From contig CAWCVK010000001.1 of the NCBI GenBank assembly GCA_963799005.1, forward strand, positions 2,012,066 to 2,076,065: a stretch of 64,000 bases of DNA, given 5' to 3'. This DNA is from Candidatus Dormiibacterota bacterium (GTDB lineage: Bacteria; Chloroflexota; Dormibacteria; Aeolococcales; Aeolococcaceae). A model generated the notes under the pieces. It was not told where the DNA came from, did no database searches, and was given only the letters and a program-made list of their open reading frames with translations. This document shows positions 26,143-36,840 of the stretch, piece by piece (position 1 is the stretch's first letter; every line of letters begins with the position of its first letter). The translations under genes and the position numbers were made by a program.

Positions 26143-27858
26143 GTGGCGGTGGTCAAGCATCCACTTCGACGTTCGGCTCGGCGTTTCGCGGGGGTGGCCG
26201 CTGTCGTGATTGCGGCGTCGTCATTGGCCGCCGGCAGCGTGGTGCACGCATCCGGCTCGATTGCCCCCAACGCCGTCGGCGCCCTCGACTGCAACGGGTA
26301 CAGCCGCATCCAGCACACGATCAAGATGATGGGAGCGTGCACTGACATCCGCGGTTTCGCGAACATCAACAACGCCAACACGTGGGGCGGCCGCTTCTAC
26401 GACAACGGCCACTACATCGGCCACGACGAGCCCGACACCACGTTCAACTCGACGAAGCCCGGTTCGGGCAACACCGTCTCCTGGTCGGAGACGCTTCCAC
26501 GCGATCCGATCGCCCTGCCGACCGTCAAGACGCCGGGCAGTGATGTCGCTCGCTGGTTCGAGCTCTCGGTCGCACCCTGGTTCTCGATGGCGCTGTGCAA
26601 CGGCAACTCCTACCCGCTCCTGCCCTGTACCCCGCAGAGCGACGCCAACGCTCCCGCCTGCAACACGGTCACCTGCAGCCCCAACAGCTATCCAGGTGCG
26701 GGCAGCTCGTTCCTCGAGATGCAGTTCTATCCGCCGGGTGACGGCCCGTTCGTCAACTCGGTCAGCTGCGACAATCGCCACTGGTGCGCCTCGTTGCACA
26801 TCAACGACCTCGAGTGCACGTTCGGATTCGCTCAGTGCAACACGAACTGCGAAGAGCCGACGAACTTCGCCTGGGTGCAAATGGACGGCGTTCCCACCGG
26901 GCCGCCCAGCCCGCAGCTGTCGACCCTCGCGAGTGTCACTCCGAACACCCAGACGCTCCTCATGAATCCCGGGGACCGGCTCTCGATCCACATCGCCGAT
27001 GCGCCGGCGCCGGGAGGTGGGAACGCGTTAAAGGTGTCAATCGCCGACCTCTCGACCGGCAAGTCCGGGTACATGCAGGCGTCGGCCGCGAACGGCTTCG
27101 CCAGCACCTCGATCACCAACTGCTCGGGCACTCCTTTCAACTACGAGCCTGAGTACTCGTCGGCAAAGCGTCTCAACATCGTCCCCTGGGCGGCGCTGCA
27201 GACCGACATCAGCACCGAGTACGAGATCGGCCATTTCGTGCCATGCACCTCGGTGTCCAACTTCGTCGGCACCGGCGCAGGTGGCCCTGGGGATCCCGTG
27301 TACAACAGATGCCACGGACCGTATGAGGCCGCGGCGGACGCGGGCGGCCCCGAAACCGGGGATGCACCCTGCTTCTACAACGGTGATACCCACGGCACCC
27401 TCAACTCACCACCGAACGAGGTGGCCGGCTGTCTGTACGGCATCTTCTCCAACGACGTCGACTTCGACGGATCACCGTACTGGCCGGAGTGGCCGACCGG
27501 CACGGCGGCGACCTCGACATTTCCTGGCAGCTTCCAGCAAAGTGTTCCATCCAGCAACGGGGCGGGCTACGCCAGCTACTTCTTCCAGACCGATGTCGCT
27601 CTGAGCGAGCCGACGTGCACGTCGAGCACGCCGACAGGGTGCGCGGTTCCTCCCCCGAACGGACCGGGAAAGTTCTACCCGTACTGGAGCGTGGCAACCG
27701 CGAGTAGCGTGTGCACGATCGAGTTCGGTAATGTCACCGCCGGCGTGAACGCTTACGGAAAGGACGCCCAGTACGGAACGGACCAGGTCGGCACGTATGG
27801 ATACGATGAGTTCATTGGGCCGACGCATACCAATCACTGCCAGACACCGACGGGGTAG
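26143..27858 (+). CDS. Secreted Cys-rich protein of unknown function (about 570 aa)
   Basis: GTG 26143 follows GAGGAGGAGG. Signal peptide (KHPLRRSARRFAGVAAVVIAASSLAAGSVVHASG), then more than 20 Cys scattered through a Gly/Pro/Asn/Thr-rich sequence (..YIGHDEPDTTFNS.., ..FLEMQFYPPGDGPF.., ..WCASLHINDLEC..). I recognise no domain. Confidence 0.7.
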   Translation: MAVVKHPLRRSARRFAGVAAVVIAASSLAAGSVVHASGSIAPNAVGALDCNGYSRIQHTIKMMGACTDIRGFANINNANTWGGRFYDNGHYIGHDEPDTTFNSTKPGSGNTVSWSETLPRDPIALPTVKTPGSDVARWFELSVAPWFSMALCNGNSYPLLPCTPQSDANAPACNTVTCSPNSYPGAGSSFLEMQFYPPGDGPFVNSVSCDNRHWCASLHINDLECTFGFAQCNTNCEEPTNFAWVQMDGVPTGPPSPQLSTLASVTPNTQTLLMNPGDRLSIHIADAPAPGGGNALKVSIADLSTGKSGYMQASAANGFASTSITNCSGTPFNYEPEYSSAKRLNIVPWAALQTDISTEYEIGHFVPCTSVSNFVGTGAGGPGDPVYNRCHGPYEAAADAGGPETGDAPCFYNGDTHGTLNSPPNEVAGCLYGIFSNDVDFDGSPYWPEWPTGTAATSTFPGSFQQSVPSSNGAGYASYFFQTDVALSEPTCTSSTPTGCAVPPPNGPGKFYPYWSVATASSVCTIEFGNVTAGVNAYGKDAQYGTDQVGTYGYDEFIGPTHTNHCQTPTG

Positions 27859-27885
27859 TCGCCAATCTGTAGCTGAAACCGCGAA

Positions 27886-27926
27886 CCGGACGGGGCGCGG
27901 TCGCGCTGACCGCGCGTCCCGTCCGG
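27886..27926. terminator. Long GC-rich hairpin between convergent genes (candidate bidirectional terminator)
   Basis: CCGGACGGGGCGCGGTC-gcgct-GACCGCGCGTCCCGTCCGG gives a ~17-bp stem with one small bulge. It lies 28 nt after the stop of the 26143..27858 gene and 66 nt from the end of the HNH gene. Confidence 0.5.
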
Positions 27927-27991
27927 TGTGGCGAAACGGCGTGTCCGCGTGTGCTGCACCGCATTGGATGGACGCCTTCTAAAGGCGAAAG

Positions 27992-28609
27992 TCAAGTACC
28001 GGCGTACTTCACATAGGCCGCATACCAATTCGAGGCGATGTCATGCTGCGCTGCGGCCAGGCCGAGTGACCCCGCGCACACGAGATCGTGGAGCGCGTTC
28101 TCCAGCGCGTCCTTCTGGTGGAACCCTGGCGCGGGCGAAGCGGGCTCGGGCCATAGGTTGGCATTGCTGTTGTCACCACCCAGCTCCAGCGGGATCAGGT
28201 GGTCGAGCTCGTAGGTTCCGTAAGGCTCCGGATAGCGAATGCCGTACTCGCCGTACACCTCCTGGTACTGCTCGTAGGTCACGTCGCGATGCCGGGTCGC
28301 CCAACCCGATGTGCAGACATCCGCCGCCGTCACGCCGATGAATATCGCGCCAGGGGTCAGACGTGAATCGGGCATCGCCACGCCGGCGGGAGCGGTCGGT
28401 GTCCTCGGGGTCGGCGCGGCTGATCTCGTGGAGGGAATGCCCGTAGCCGGAGCGGGTGTGGGCGAAGGCGTCGATGCCTCGACCGCGGAAACGGCGCCGG
28501 GCGGCGACGTCCCACTGCAGGCGGCGAGAAACAGCAGACCGATTACCGCCGCGATCAGCCTCGCGGCGGATGTCCGATCCCATGGTTGGCTGCGCGAGCC
28601 ACGGAGCAC
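27992..28609 (-). CDS. HNH-endonuclease-like lipoprotein (predicted extracytoplasmic nuclease)
   Basis: Lipobox ..GLLFLAAC-SG, a Pro/Thr/Ala-rich linker, then ..CTSGWATRHRDVTY..YELDHLIPLELGGDNSNANLWPE.. (the HNH D-H...N core). Confidence 0.65.
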   Translation of the reverse strand: MLRGSRSQPWDRTSAARLIAAVIGLLFLAACSGTSPPGAVSAVEASTPSPTPAPATGIPSTRSAAPTPRTPTAPAGVAMPDSRLTPGAIFIGVTAADVCTSGWATRHRDVTYEQYQEVYGEYGIRYPEPYGTYELDHLIPLELGGDNSNANLWPEPASPAPGFHQKDALENALHDLVCAGSLGLAAAQHDIASNWYAAYVKYAGT

Positions 28610-28701
28610 ATTCAGATGTTGAACCGGTATCGGAGACGGTAGGGCGCCCAGTCGGATATCGATGCGGAGGCGCTACCGGCCTCGCGAGCGCGACGGCGCC
28701 G

Positions 28702-29175
28702 TCAGCGCACCGCCTTTTTCACCAGCGCGGTGATCTTGGCCTCTTCGGTGGCAGTCAACTTGTTGAGCGCGTACTGAATCGGCCACATGTTGCCGTCGTC
28801 GACCTTCGCCTTGTCGCTGAAGCCGAGCGTCTGGTATCTGACTTTGAACTTCCCGGCGTTTTGGAAGTAACAGATCAGATTGCCGTCCTTGGCGTATGCG
28901 GGCATTCCGTACCACGTTTTCGGTGTGAGAGCCGGTGCTGCGGCGGTGATCAGTGCGTGGACCTTCTTGGCAATGGCGCGATCCGGCTCCTGCATCCTGT
29001 CGATAGCCGCAAGCAGCTCCGCTTTCCCATCCGCCTTGGCCGCCTCGGCCTTGAGCTCCCGGACGCGCTCGCGTGCCGCCGCCTTTTCCTCGGGGCTGAA
29101 TCCCGTGGATGCCGTGCTGGTCGCGCGATTCGCGGCTTTCTGTGTGCTCTTGGTCGCCGTTTTGGTTGGGGCCAT
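28702..29175 (-). CDS. DUF1801 (YdhG-like) domain protein
   Basis: ATG 29175. ..LAAIDRMQEPDRAIAKKVHALITAAAPALTPKTWYGMPAYAKDGNLICYFQNAGKFKVRYQTLGFSD.. matches DUF1801. The upstream 31 codons of the track ORF are probably non-coding. Confidence 0.7.
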   Translation of the reverse strand: MAPTKTATKSTQKAANRATSTASTGFSPEEKAAARERVRELKAEAAKADGKAELLAAIDRMQEPDRAIAKKVHALITAAAPALTPKTWYGMPAYAKDGNLICYFQNAGKFKVRYQTLGFSDKAKVDDGNMWPIQYALNKLTATEEAKITALVKKAVR

Positions 29176-29351
29176 ACTTCGCTCCTGTTCGAGGATTGAG
29201 GACAACGATCTTGAGTCTATTTTTGCCGCCACGGCCGATGCGCTGCGCGATCGGTCGTTTGTGGCCAACGGAAACGAGCCCGTGGCGCGAGGCCACAGGC
29301 TCTGTATTCCTGAAATGGTTGCGGGAAGTCGCGCAACTCACCCTCGTCGGT

Positions 29352-29951
29352 CTACTGCCTCGCGCCGACCTCCGCTGGAGCGCGAGAATCGACCGGCGCC
29401 AATCCGCCGGAACGATCTCCCATCGCACTCGTGGCAGCCGGTGTTGCGGCTGTGCCGACCAGCGGCACCGCGGCGGCCTCGCGGCGCGATGCAGGTGGCG
29501 TTGCCGGCACCGGCTTGGCGGTCACCTTCCGGCGGATGCTCACACCAACCAGCCCACCGAGGAGCGCAACCAGCGCGCCTCCGGCGATCAGGAAATATCC
29601 CATCTGCAGGTCTCGCGCCAACGACGTGGACGGGACCAGATTATCGATGTCGTGTTTGAAACTGCTCAGTAGGAACCCGATCTCCGCCGCCCAGACGACC
29701 GCGAGCATGGAGGCGAAGAACCCCAGGGCGCGCGAGATCGCGCCTCCTCTGAGCACGATGACCAGCCCCAGAAGCATGAGGACGCCACCCAGAGCGAAGC
29801 TCACGATCGCGTCGATCGGTGTGCTGCCCATCGTGAAGCCGTTCAGATGCTGCCCGGACGTTGGAAGGGTGGCCCAATTCGGGGACACACCGACAGCGAT
29901 ACAGGCCCCTCCCGCGACCAGTAGGACCCCAGCAAGGAAACGTCTCGCCAT
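29352..29951 (-). CDS. Hypothetical membrane protein (4-5 TM)
   Basis: ATG 29951 follows AAAGGAGGTAA. Hydrophobic segments are FLAGVLLVAGGACIAVGV, IVSFALGGVLMLLGLVIVL, FFASMLAVVWAAEIGFLL and YFLIAGGALVALLGGLVGV. No family recognised. Confidence 0.6.
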   Translation of the reverse strand: MARRFLAGVLLVAGGACIAVGVSPNWATLPTSGQHLNGFTMGSTPIDAIVSFALGGVLMLLGLVIVLRGGAISRALGFFASMLAVVWAAEIGFLLSSFKHDIDNLVPSTSLARDLQMGYFLIAGGALVALLGGLVGVSIRRKVTAKPVPATPPASRREAAAVPLVGTAATPAATSAMGDRSGGLAPVDSRAPAEVGARQ

Positions 29952-30082
29952 TGCGGTTACCTCCTTTGCACCTCCACCGTAACACCGGCGTACCACTCAA
30001 AACCGTGGCCGTATTGGTGGTTCCTTGCCGCAGCCAACGGTGAAGAGGTCGCGAACGGGGTAGCTCTCCTTGTTGATCGACC

Positions 30083-32717
30083 CTACCGTGTGGACAGAAT
30101 GCCCTGGTGCACGGCGGCGGCCGCTGCCTGCGAGCGCGACGCGACCTCGAGCTTGCGGAGGATCGCGGAGACGTGGTGACCCACGGTGCGCTCCGACAGG
30201 AACAGACGGCTGCCGATCTCCGCGTCGCGCAGCCCTTCGTTGAGCAGCGCGAGGACCTGAAGCTCGCGGTCGGTAAGGTTCGCGGGGTTACCTCGCGTGG
30301 TACGCCGCGGTCCTCGCGGCAGACTGCGCACGCCGCGCGCTCGCATGCGACGCGCGGTGATGCCTGCGGCGGGCTTGGCGCCGAGCCTGATCAACTCGGC
30401 AAGACCGCGGCGCATCGCATCCTCGTCGTCGGAATCGGCGAGGGCAAGTGCGGCCTCGTACGGGCAATTCAACTGCTCCCAGAGTTGCGCCGCCCGTGTG
30501 AACTCACCCCTGGCCTGGGCTGCATATGGGGGCGGGAGGCTCGACCCGGGTTGCTCGTCGAGCCCAGCACGCCGGCGCCACATCTCGAGCGCACCGACGA
30601 TCCACGACGCGTCGCGTTGGCGTGCCAGGTGCAGGGGTCCCTCGGTGGCCGCGGCCACGAGCGCGTCGTTGCCCTCGAGCCATGCGGCCTCCGCCCTGGC
30701 GGTCGATACCAGCTCGATACGCTGCAGCTCCGCCGTCGGCTCGGCGAGGCGCCAGGCCTCGTCAAGGGGAGGCCAGCATTCCGGGTCTCCCCGCCGGGCA
30801 CGGACCAGCCCGACCACCGCGAGCGCGACGACCCTGGGGACGGGGGACGTACGCGAGTCACGGAGGATCGAGCTCGCAGTTTCGATCGCCTCGTCCCAGT
30901 GCCCGCCATCGAGCTGCGAGCGCGCCCGCGCGGTGATCAGGTAGGCACGCCAGAGGTCGATGCCGTGCTCCTCGCAGTACTCGAGCGCGTCATCGAGATA
31001 GCCCGCGGCCGCGTCGTGTGCCTTTGATCGGGCCGCCCACCAGGTGAGCGCCACATATGCGCGCCCCGCAAGCTCGTACAGTCCCGCATCCGCGGCGCGT
31101 CGCAGGCAGCGCTCCAGTGTGACCGTGCTCTCCGGCAAGCCGGCCATGTATTCGACGGAGCCGATGTTGACGAGCGCGTAGATCTGCGTTTCGAGATCCC
31201 CGAGCCGCTCGGCCAGGGCCAGCGCCTTCGACGCCCAGCGATGCATCCCGTCCGCGTCCTCGACGCTCATGAACAGGTAGGACAGGTTGCAGTACGCCAT
31301 GGCGAGATCGAGTCCCGGCTCGAGGTTCTCGAGCACCGCCACCGCCGCGCGGCCGGCCTCGGCTGCGTCCTCACGCCGGCCGACGTACCGGAGCAGGCGC
31401 GAGAGCGTGCGCAGTGCGTTGCCTTCGAGTCGCCGGTCGCGTGATTGACCATGGCATTCGAGCGCGCGCTGGGCCGAACTCCAGAGCGAAGTCGAAGTTT
31501 CCGGTGACGTAACACTCGTAGGAGTGACGGTCGAAGAGTTCGCCGCGGGTTGCAAGGTCAATGTTCGCGGCGAATCGAAGCGCTCTCTCGTACTGGGCGG
31601 CAGCCTCGCGATGGGCACCGGCCGCAGCCGAGCTTGTCGCAGCGTCGGGCGCGTAGCGCAGGACCGCAGCGGAATCTCCAGCCGCCTCGGCGTGATGTGC
31701 CAGCCGGCCGGCGTCGGTTGGACCGGTCGGCGGTGTGAGAAGCGCTGTGAGCGCTTGTCGATGCAGAGCTCGCCGTTGATTCGGCATCAACGAATCCTCG
31801 ACAGCGATGCGCGCCAGCTCGTGTCTGAACGCGGCCGCTTCGGGCAGGGAGACCAGCATCCCGGCCGCCAGGCATTCATCGAGGGACTCGGCCGCCTCGG
31901 GCGCAACGGCCTCGAGCAGCCAGAGCTCGGCACGTGGCTGAAGGATCGACGCAGCGTCGAGGACCGCCCTTGCCTGCGCGCCCAGACGAGACGCCCGCGC
32001 CAGGACGGCGTCGCGGACGGTCTCCGGAATCCGGTCATCGCCTGAAGCGAGCACCTCGGTGACGAAGAAGGGATTGCCGGCCGTCTTCGCGTAGAGATCA
32101 CGCGGATCCACCCCGTGTGGCGCCGCCAGCTGCGCAACAGCGCCGGCGGACAGGGCGGGCAGCCTGACGCGGACGACGGGGCCGGCCGAGCTCAGCTCTC
32201 CGAGGAGCACGCGGAGTGGATGCGCGCGATTGAGGCCGTCGTCCCGGTACGTGATGACCATCAGAGTGGCGACCGCCTCGATCCTGCGCGCGACCAGCGT
32301 CAGCACGTCGAGCGTCGCCTCGTCCGCCCAGTGAGCATCCTCGACGATCACCATCGTGGGGCCGCGATGACCGAGTGCGCCGAGCAATGCCGAGGCGATG
32401 CCGTACGGCTTCTCGCCACGTTCGACCAGCGCCTCGAAATCGCCACCGATGCTCGGGGCCATGTCGTGGAACGGGCCGAGCGGCCGCGGCGTGAACAGTG
32501 CCTCGCACGCGCCGCTCAACACGTCAACCTCGCCGCGGTGGAAGGAGGTGAGGCGGCGCACCAGCGCGGTCTTGCCGACGCCGGCTTCGCCGGCGACCAG
32601 CACAACGCACCCACGGCGATCGGCGATCACGCCGTCAAGCCGCTGCTCCAACGCGGCGATGTGGGTCGCACGCTCGAGCAACCCGCCGGGAGTGGCTTCC
32701 ATCTCGGATGTGGTCAC
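30083..32717 (-). pseudogene. LuxR-family regulator of the large ATP-binding (LAL/MalT-like) class: AAA/NTPase + TPR-like + C-terminal HTH; one frame break
   Basis: Walker A VLVAGEAGVGKTAL, ..VIVEDAHWADEATLDVL.. and ..AGNPFFVTEV.. are in track ORF 31371..32717. The continuation (TPR-like repeats, then ..LTDRELQVLALLNEGLRDAEIGSRLFLSERTVGHHVSAILRKLEV) is in track ORF 30083..31618. The break is near 31477 (..GNFDFAL / SSAQRALECHG..). Confidence 0.8.
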
Positions 32718-32851
32718 GCCTCAAATGATGAGGATCGTGATGTCCTGCCGCGGCAGCGGCGCTCGGGCCTGCATACAACATCGCGCGCCGGCGTTGCCGC
32801 CTTCGAGCCCACGCGGTTCCTGCGTCCCTTCGACCTCGGACGCGACTGACC

Positions 32852-33901
32852 CTATCGGGCCGGCGCCTCGTCGGCGATCCGCTCCGGGTGCACCCGCGCT
32901 GACGGTGTGGGCTGCGCCGCTGCAGCCTCGACGCGCTTGAGCGCGCGACCGTGCTCTTTGCGAGCGGCTGACAGCCCGGCGCCTGCAGCCCCGGCGACGC
33001 CGACCGCAAGCAGCAGGGCCGCGAGGGGACGCTGTTCGGGGAAATGTGCCGTGAACACGGTCGCGCCAAGCAGCACCACGATGGCGACGATCGCGACCGC
33101 TCCGTCCTCGACGAAGAGTCCCCACACCTCGCGAACCGCGGCGCCGAGGACGCGGACGGCTCCGGTGTCGAAGCGGCCTGAGACCGCAACCGGTCGGCGG
33201 AGCAGCCAGACGAAGAGCACCGAGACAGCCGCGAAGCCGGCGATGAGCGGGAGCAGGCTCAGGTCGTTGCCCCACCACTGGACACCGATACCTTCGCCGG
33301 CGAAGAACGTCCCGAAGGATGTGAGCATGACGCCGACCACGTACTTCATCGCGTTTTCCGGCACCTGGGTCAACGGATGCCTGAGAGCGAACCCTGTCCC
33401 CGCGACCACCACCAGCGACGCAACGGCGCCGACCGCTGCCGAGGCGACGTCCTGAAGTCCCCCGAGGGCTACCACGATGAAGACGACCTCGAGACCCTCG
33501 AGAAAGACGCCGCTGAATGACGTCGACACCCCGACACGATCGAGTCCGCCTGCGCGGCCGTTCGCGGCTCCAAGTGCGACCTGGGTCTCCGCGAAGATCT
33601 TTGCCTCGTCGTGCAGCGACTTGAGGCCGCTCGAACGAAGCACGGCCTTGTGCAGCCACTTGAGGCCGAAGAGCAGGAGAAAGACACCGACCACCGTTCG
33701 CGCCGCGTCGATCGAGATGTGCGAGGTGATCGCCAGACCGAACGCCGCCACGAGAGCGACCAGCGCAACGACCGCCGCGATCGTGCCGGTGAACGCGCTC
33801 CTCCACCCCTTGACCAGGCCGACCGCCAGGACGATGGTCAGCGCCTCCACCCATTCGACACCTGCGGCGAGGAACGTCGCAAGGATCACGAGAATGCTCA
33901 T
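32852..33901 (-). CDS. COG4280-like integral membrane protein with fused C-terminal two-TM extension (paralog of 16787..17533 plus 16569..16790)
   Basis: MSILVILATFLAAGVEWVEALTIVLAVG.., second repeat FSGVFLEGLEVVFIVVALG, then an extra ~100 aa (..REVWGLFVEDGAVAIVAIVVLLG..). ATG 33901 follows GGAGG. It lies immediately downstream of the ABC ATPase gene on the same strand. Confidence 0.7.
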   Translation of the reverse strand: MSILVILATFLAAGVEWVEALTIVLAVGLVKGWRSAFTGTIAAVVALVALVAAFGLAITSHISIDAARTVVGVFLLLFGLKWLHKAVLRSSGLKSLHDEAKIFAETQVALGAANGRAGGLDRVGVSTSFSGVFLEGLEVVFIVVALGGLQDVASAAVGAVASLVVVAGTGFALRHPLTQVPENAMKYVVGVMLTSFGTFFAGEGIGVQWWGNDLSLLPLIAGFAAVSVLFVWLLRRPVAVSGRFDTGAVRVLGAAVREVWGLFVEDGAVAIVAIVVLLGATVFTAHFPEQRPLAALLLAVGVAGAAGAGLSAARKEHGRALKRVEAAAAQPTPSARVHPERIADEAPAR

Positions 33902-33926
33902 CGGCGATTGCTACCTCCAGCTGTCA

Positions 33927-35059
33927 TCAGTTCACGCTCGATTCGCCCGTTGCGTCTGGATAGGCGACGCACCCGTCCGGGTCGATCTGGATCGTGAGTT
34001 CGTCGCCGCGAGGCCACCGGTTCGGGTCGAACACCGACGAGAGTGTTCCTCCGGCGCACGCGACCACGTGATCGTAACCCCTGCCCCGGTACGCGACGTC
34101 CACCACCGTCCGGTGAGCGCCGCGGCTGAGCCCGACGGCTCGCCGGAGAGCACCCGAGTGGCCGCCGGGCGCACCAGCACCCGGACCTGGGCGCCGAGGG
34201 TCAGGGCTCCTCCCTGGCGAGCGCGCAGCGTCGCCCGCTCGCCGACCTCGACATCGACATGGCCGTCGTCGACGTGGATCACCCGTCCCGGAAACTCTCC
34301 CGCCGATCCGGTGAAACGGGCAACGAACAGGTTGACCGGGTGACGATAGATCTGCTCCGGCGGTCCCAGCTGCACGAGCTGACCGCCGTCGAGCACCGCA
34401 ACCTCGTCGGCGAGCGCAAAGGCCTCCGACTGGTCGTGAGTGATGTAGACGACGGTCGCCTCGCTGTCGCGCGCGATGGTCGCGATCTGCACGCGGAGTC
34501 GCTCTCGCAGGTCCGCGTCCAGGTTGGACAGTGGCTCGTCGAACAGCAGCAGCCCCGGACGGGCCACCACGGCGCGTGCCAGCGCCACGCGCTGCTGCTC
34601 TCCTCCCGAGAGCTGATGGGGATACCGGTCGGCGAGGCGGGAAAGGCCGACCTGATCCAGCGCATCCAGCACGCGTTGGCGGGATTCGGCGTGCGGGATG
34701 TGGCGTCGCCGCAGCGCGTAGCTCACGTTGCCGTGCACGGTCAGATGGGGCCACAGCGCGTAGTCCTGGAACACCATCGCAAGATTCCGGCGTTCCGGAG
34801 GGAGATGGCGCCGGCCGTCACTCACCACGCGGTCGCCGAGACGGATGACGCCGCCGTCCAGACGCTCGACCCCGGCCAGACATCTCGCGAGGGTTGTCTT
34901 GCCCGAACCTGAGGGTCCGAGCAGCACGAGGAAGCGACCCGGCCGGATCACCAGATCGACACCGGCGAGGCCGCGCGCTCGTCCGTAGTGCTTGACGGCG
35001 TTGCTGATCTCAACGCGATGGCCTGCCGGAGCCATCTCCGCGACGGATGCCTGGATCAT
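33927..35059 (-). pseudogene. ABC transporter ATP-binding protein (FbpC/PotA-like, with C-terminal TOBE-type domain); one frame break
   Basis: LLGPSGSGKTTL, LSGGEQQRVALARA and LLLFDEPLSNLD are in the frame of track ORF 33932..36097. The C-terminal ..TVVDVAYRGRGYDHVVACAGGTLSSVFDP..GDELTIQIDPDGCVAYP is in track ORF 33927..34754. The break is near 34111 and behaves as a 1-nt deletion. ATGA overlap with the permease stop. Confidence 0.8.
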
Positions 35060-36831
35060 CCTGCGGACCCGATCCGTCGCCAACCGACGGGCGCGAGCAG
35101 CCTGAAGAGCGCCCAGACGGCGGCGACCACGATCAGCGCGCCGAGGACGGCAACCACCTCCATGGCCGTGCCCCCGGCGAAATCGTAGTTTGCGAGCGAC
35201 TTGGTGATCGCCACGGAGACGGGCGGTTGGCCCGGCGGGTAGAGCAGCTGCGACATCGGAAGCTCGAGGAGCGTTGCTCCGAACACGAGCAGCCAGGCGG
35301 CGAGCAGCGGCCGCGCGAGCACCGGGAGCACGGTGCGCATCCATGCTCCGAGCACACCGCTCCCATGCACCCGCCCAGCCTCGGCAAGCAACTCCTGGAT
35401 CTGGCTGACGCTGCCCAGCAGCACTCTCGAGGTCGAGGGCAGCGCGGTCGCGATGTAGCCGACGACAAGCAGGGCGGTGGTCTCGTAAAGCTGGATGCCG
35501 AACTGGGTGAGCACGGGCAGGTTGAACGTGAAGATGTAGCCGGCCGCGAACACGATGCCCGGGCAGCGCGACGGCGGTGAGCAGCGTCATGTCGAGCAAT
35601 CGAGCGCTGACGTGGGTCCCGCGGCGCGACAGGACGCGCGCCGACACCGCCGCCAGGACGATGGTCACGGTCGCGGTGATGACGGCGAGCTGTCCGGAGT
35701 AGATGAGCGGGTCGCGCAACTCCGGGCTGTTGAGCACGCGGCTGTAGTTGGCGAGGGTCAGCCCATGACTGGTGATGAGCGAGCCGAGTCCATTGATGAG
35801 CGACGCCGACACCGCTCCGAACGCCGGGACGCCGATACCGATCACGAGGACCGCCATCATGCCGGTGAGCGCTCCCGACTTTCGCGAGCAGCGAGAGGTG
35901 AAGGCGGCGCGCCGGCCGGCTCCTGCCGCCGAACACCCGGTAACTCCGGCTGCGGAGCGCCCAACCCTGCGCGAGCAGCGCAAGGGCGACGAGCCCCAGC
36001 AACACCCAGCCGACCGCTGCCGCCACCGAGAACTGGATGGGGAACGCCTGGACTGCGTTGAAGAGCGAGTACGTGGCGACGGGGAAATGGGCGTCATTGG
36101 CGAGCGTATCGGCCACGCCGAAATCGCTCACCGATTCGGCGAAGACGATGGCCAGCGCCGACCAGACGGCGGGAGAGATCAGGGCCACGACGACGCGCAG
36201 TGCGGCGAGCGGACCGCCGCCGTGCACGCGCACCGCCGCCTCGAACTCCTCGCCGAGCCCGCGCAGCGCCGCTGAGATCGCGAGAAACGCAAAGGGCAAT
36301 CCCTTCGCGGTCAGGACGACGATCACGCCGAAAGGACCGTAGAAGAGGGTGCGGAATCCGCCCAGGATGCAGTCCCGCGACGTCGAGCACGCCCATCGGC
36401 TCGAGCAGGCGTTCCCAGCCGAGCGCGACCAGGTACGAAGGCGCCAGCAGGAGCGCAAACATCACGCCCGTCCACAGCCGCCGCCCGGGGATATCGGTCC
36501 GAACCACCAGCCAGGCCACGGCGAATCCGATCACCGCCGCGGCGAGCGCGCTGCTCACGCCGACGAACACGGAGTCGGCGACCCCCCGCAGCAGCGGGCC
36601 GGAGAACGCCTGCGCGAAGCCGGACAGCGTGAACCACTCAGGGCCCTGGTCGAAGAGCCGCGGGGAGAAGGCGACCGCGAGAAAGAGCAGGACCGGCACC
36701 GCGAGGATTGCGGCGATGAGCACCCAGAAGACGATCAGCGGAGCGCCGCTGAAGCGAGACAGCGCCATCCGCGTCCTGTCCCCACGGCTCCCCGCCACGA
36801 TTGGCGGAGAGCCGGTGAGGATGCCGGCCAA
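35056..36831 (-). pseudogene. Two-domain ABC permease (FbpB/ThiP-like, ~590 aa); at least three frame breaks
   Basis: The homologous sequence hops through four track ORFs: 36094..36831 (..LLAPSYLVALGWERLLEPMGVLDV), 35133..36458 (ILGGFRTLFYGPFGVIVVLTAKGLPFAF..EAAVRVHGGGPLAALR..), 33932..36097 (GALTGMMAVLVIGIGVPAFG..LTAVALPG) and 35056..35553 (FAAGYIFTFNLPVLT..AEAGRVHGSGVLGAW..). The breaks are near 36378, 35872 and 35559. Confidence 0.8.
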
Positions 36832-36840
36832 TGTCGGCTC

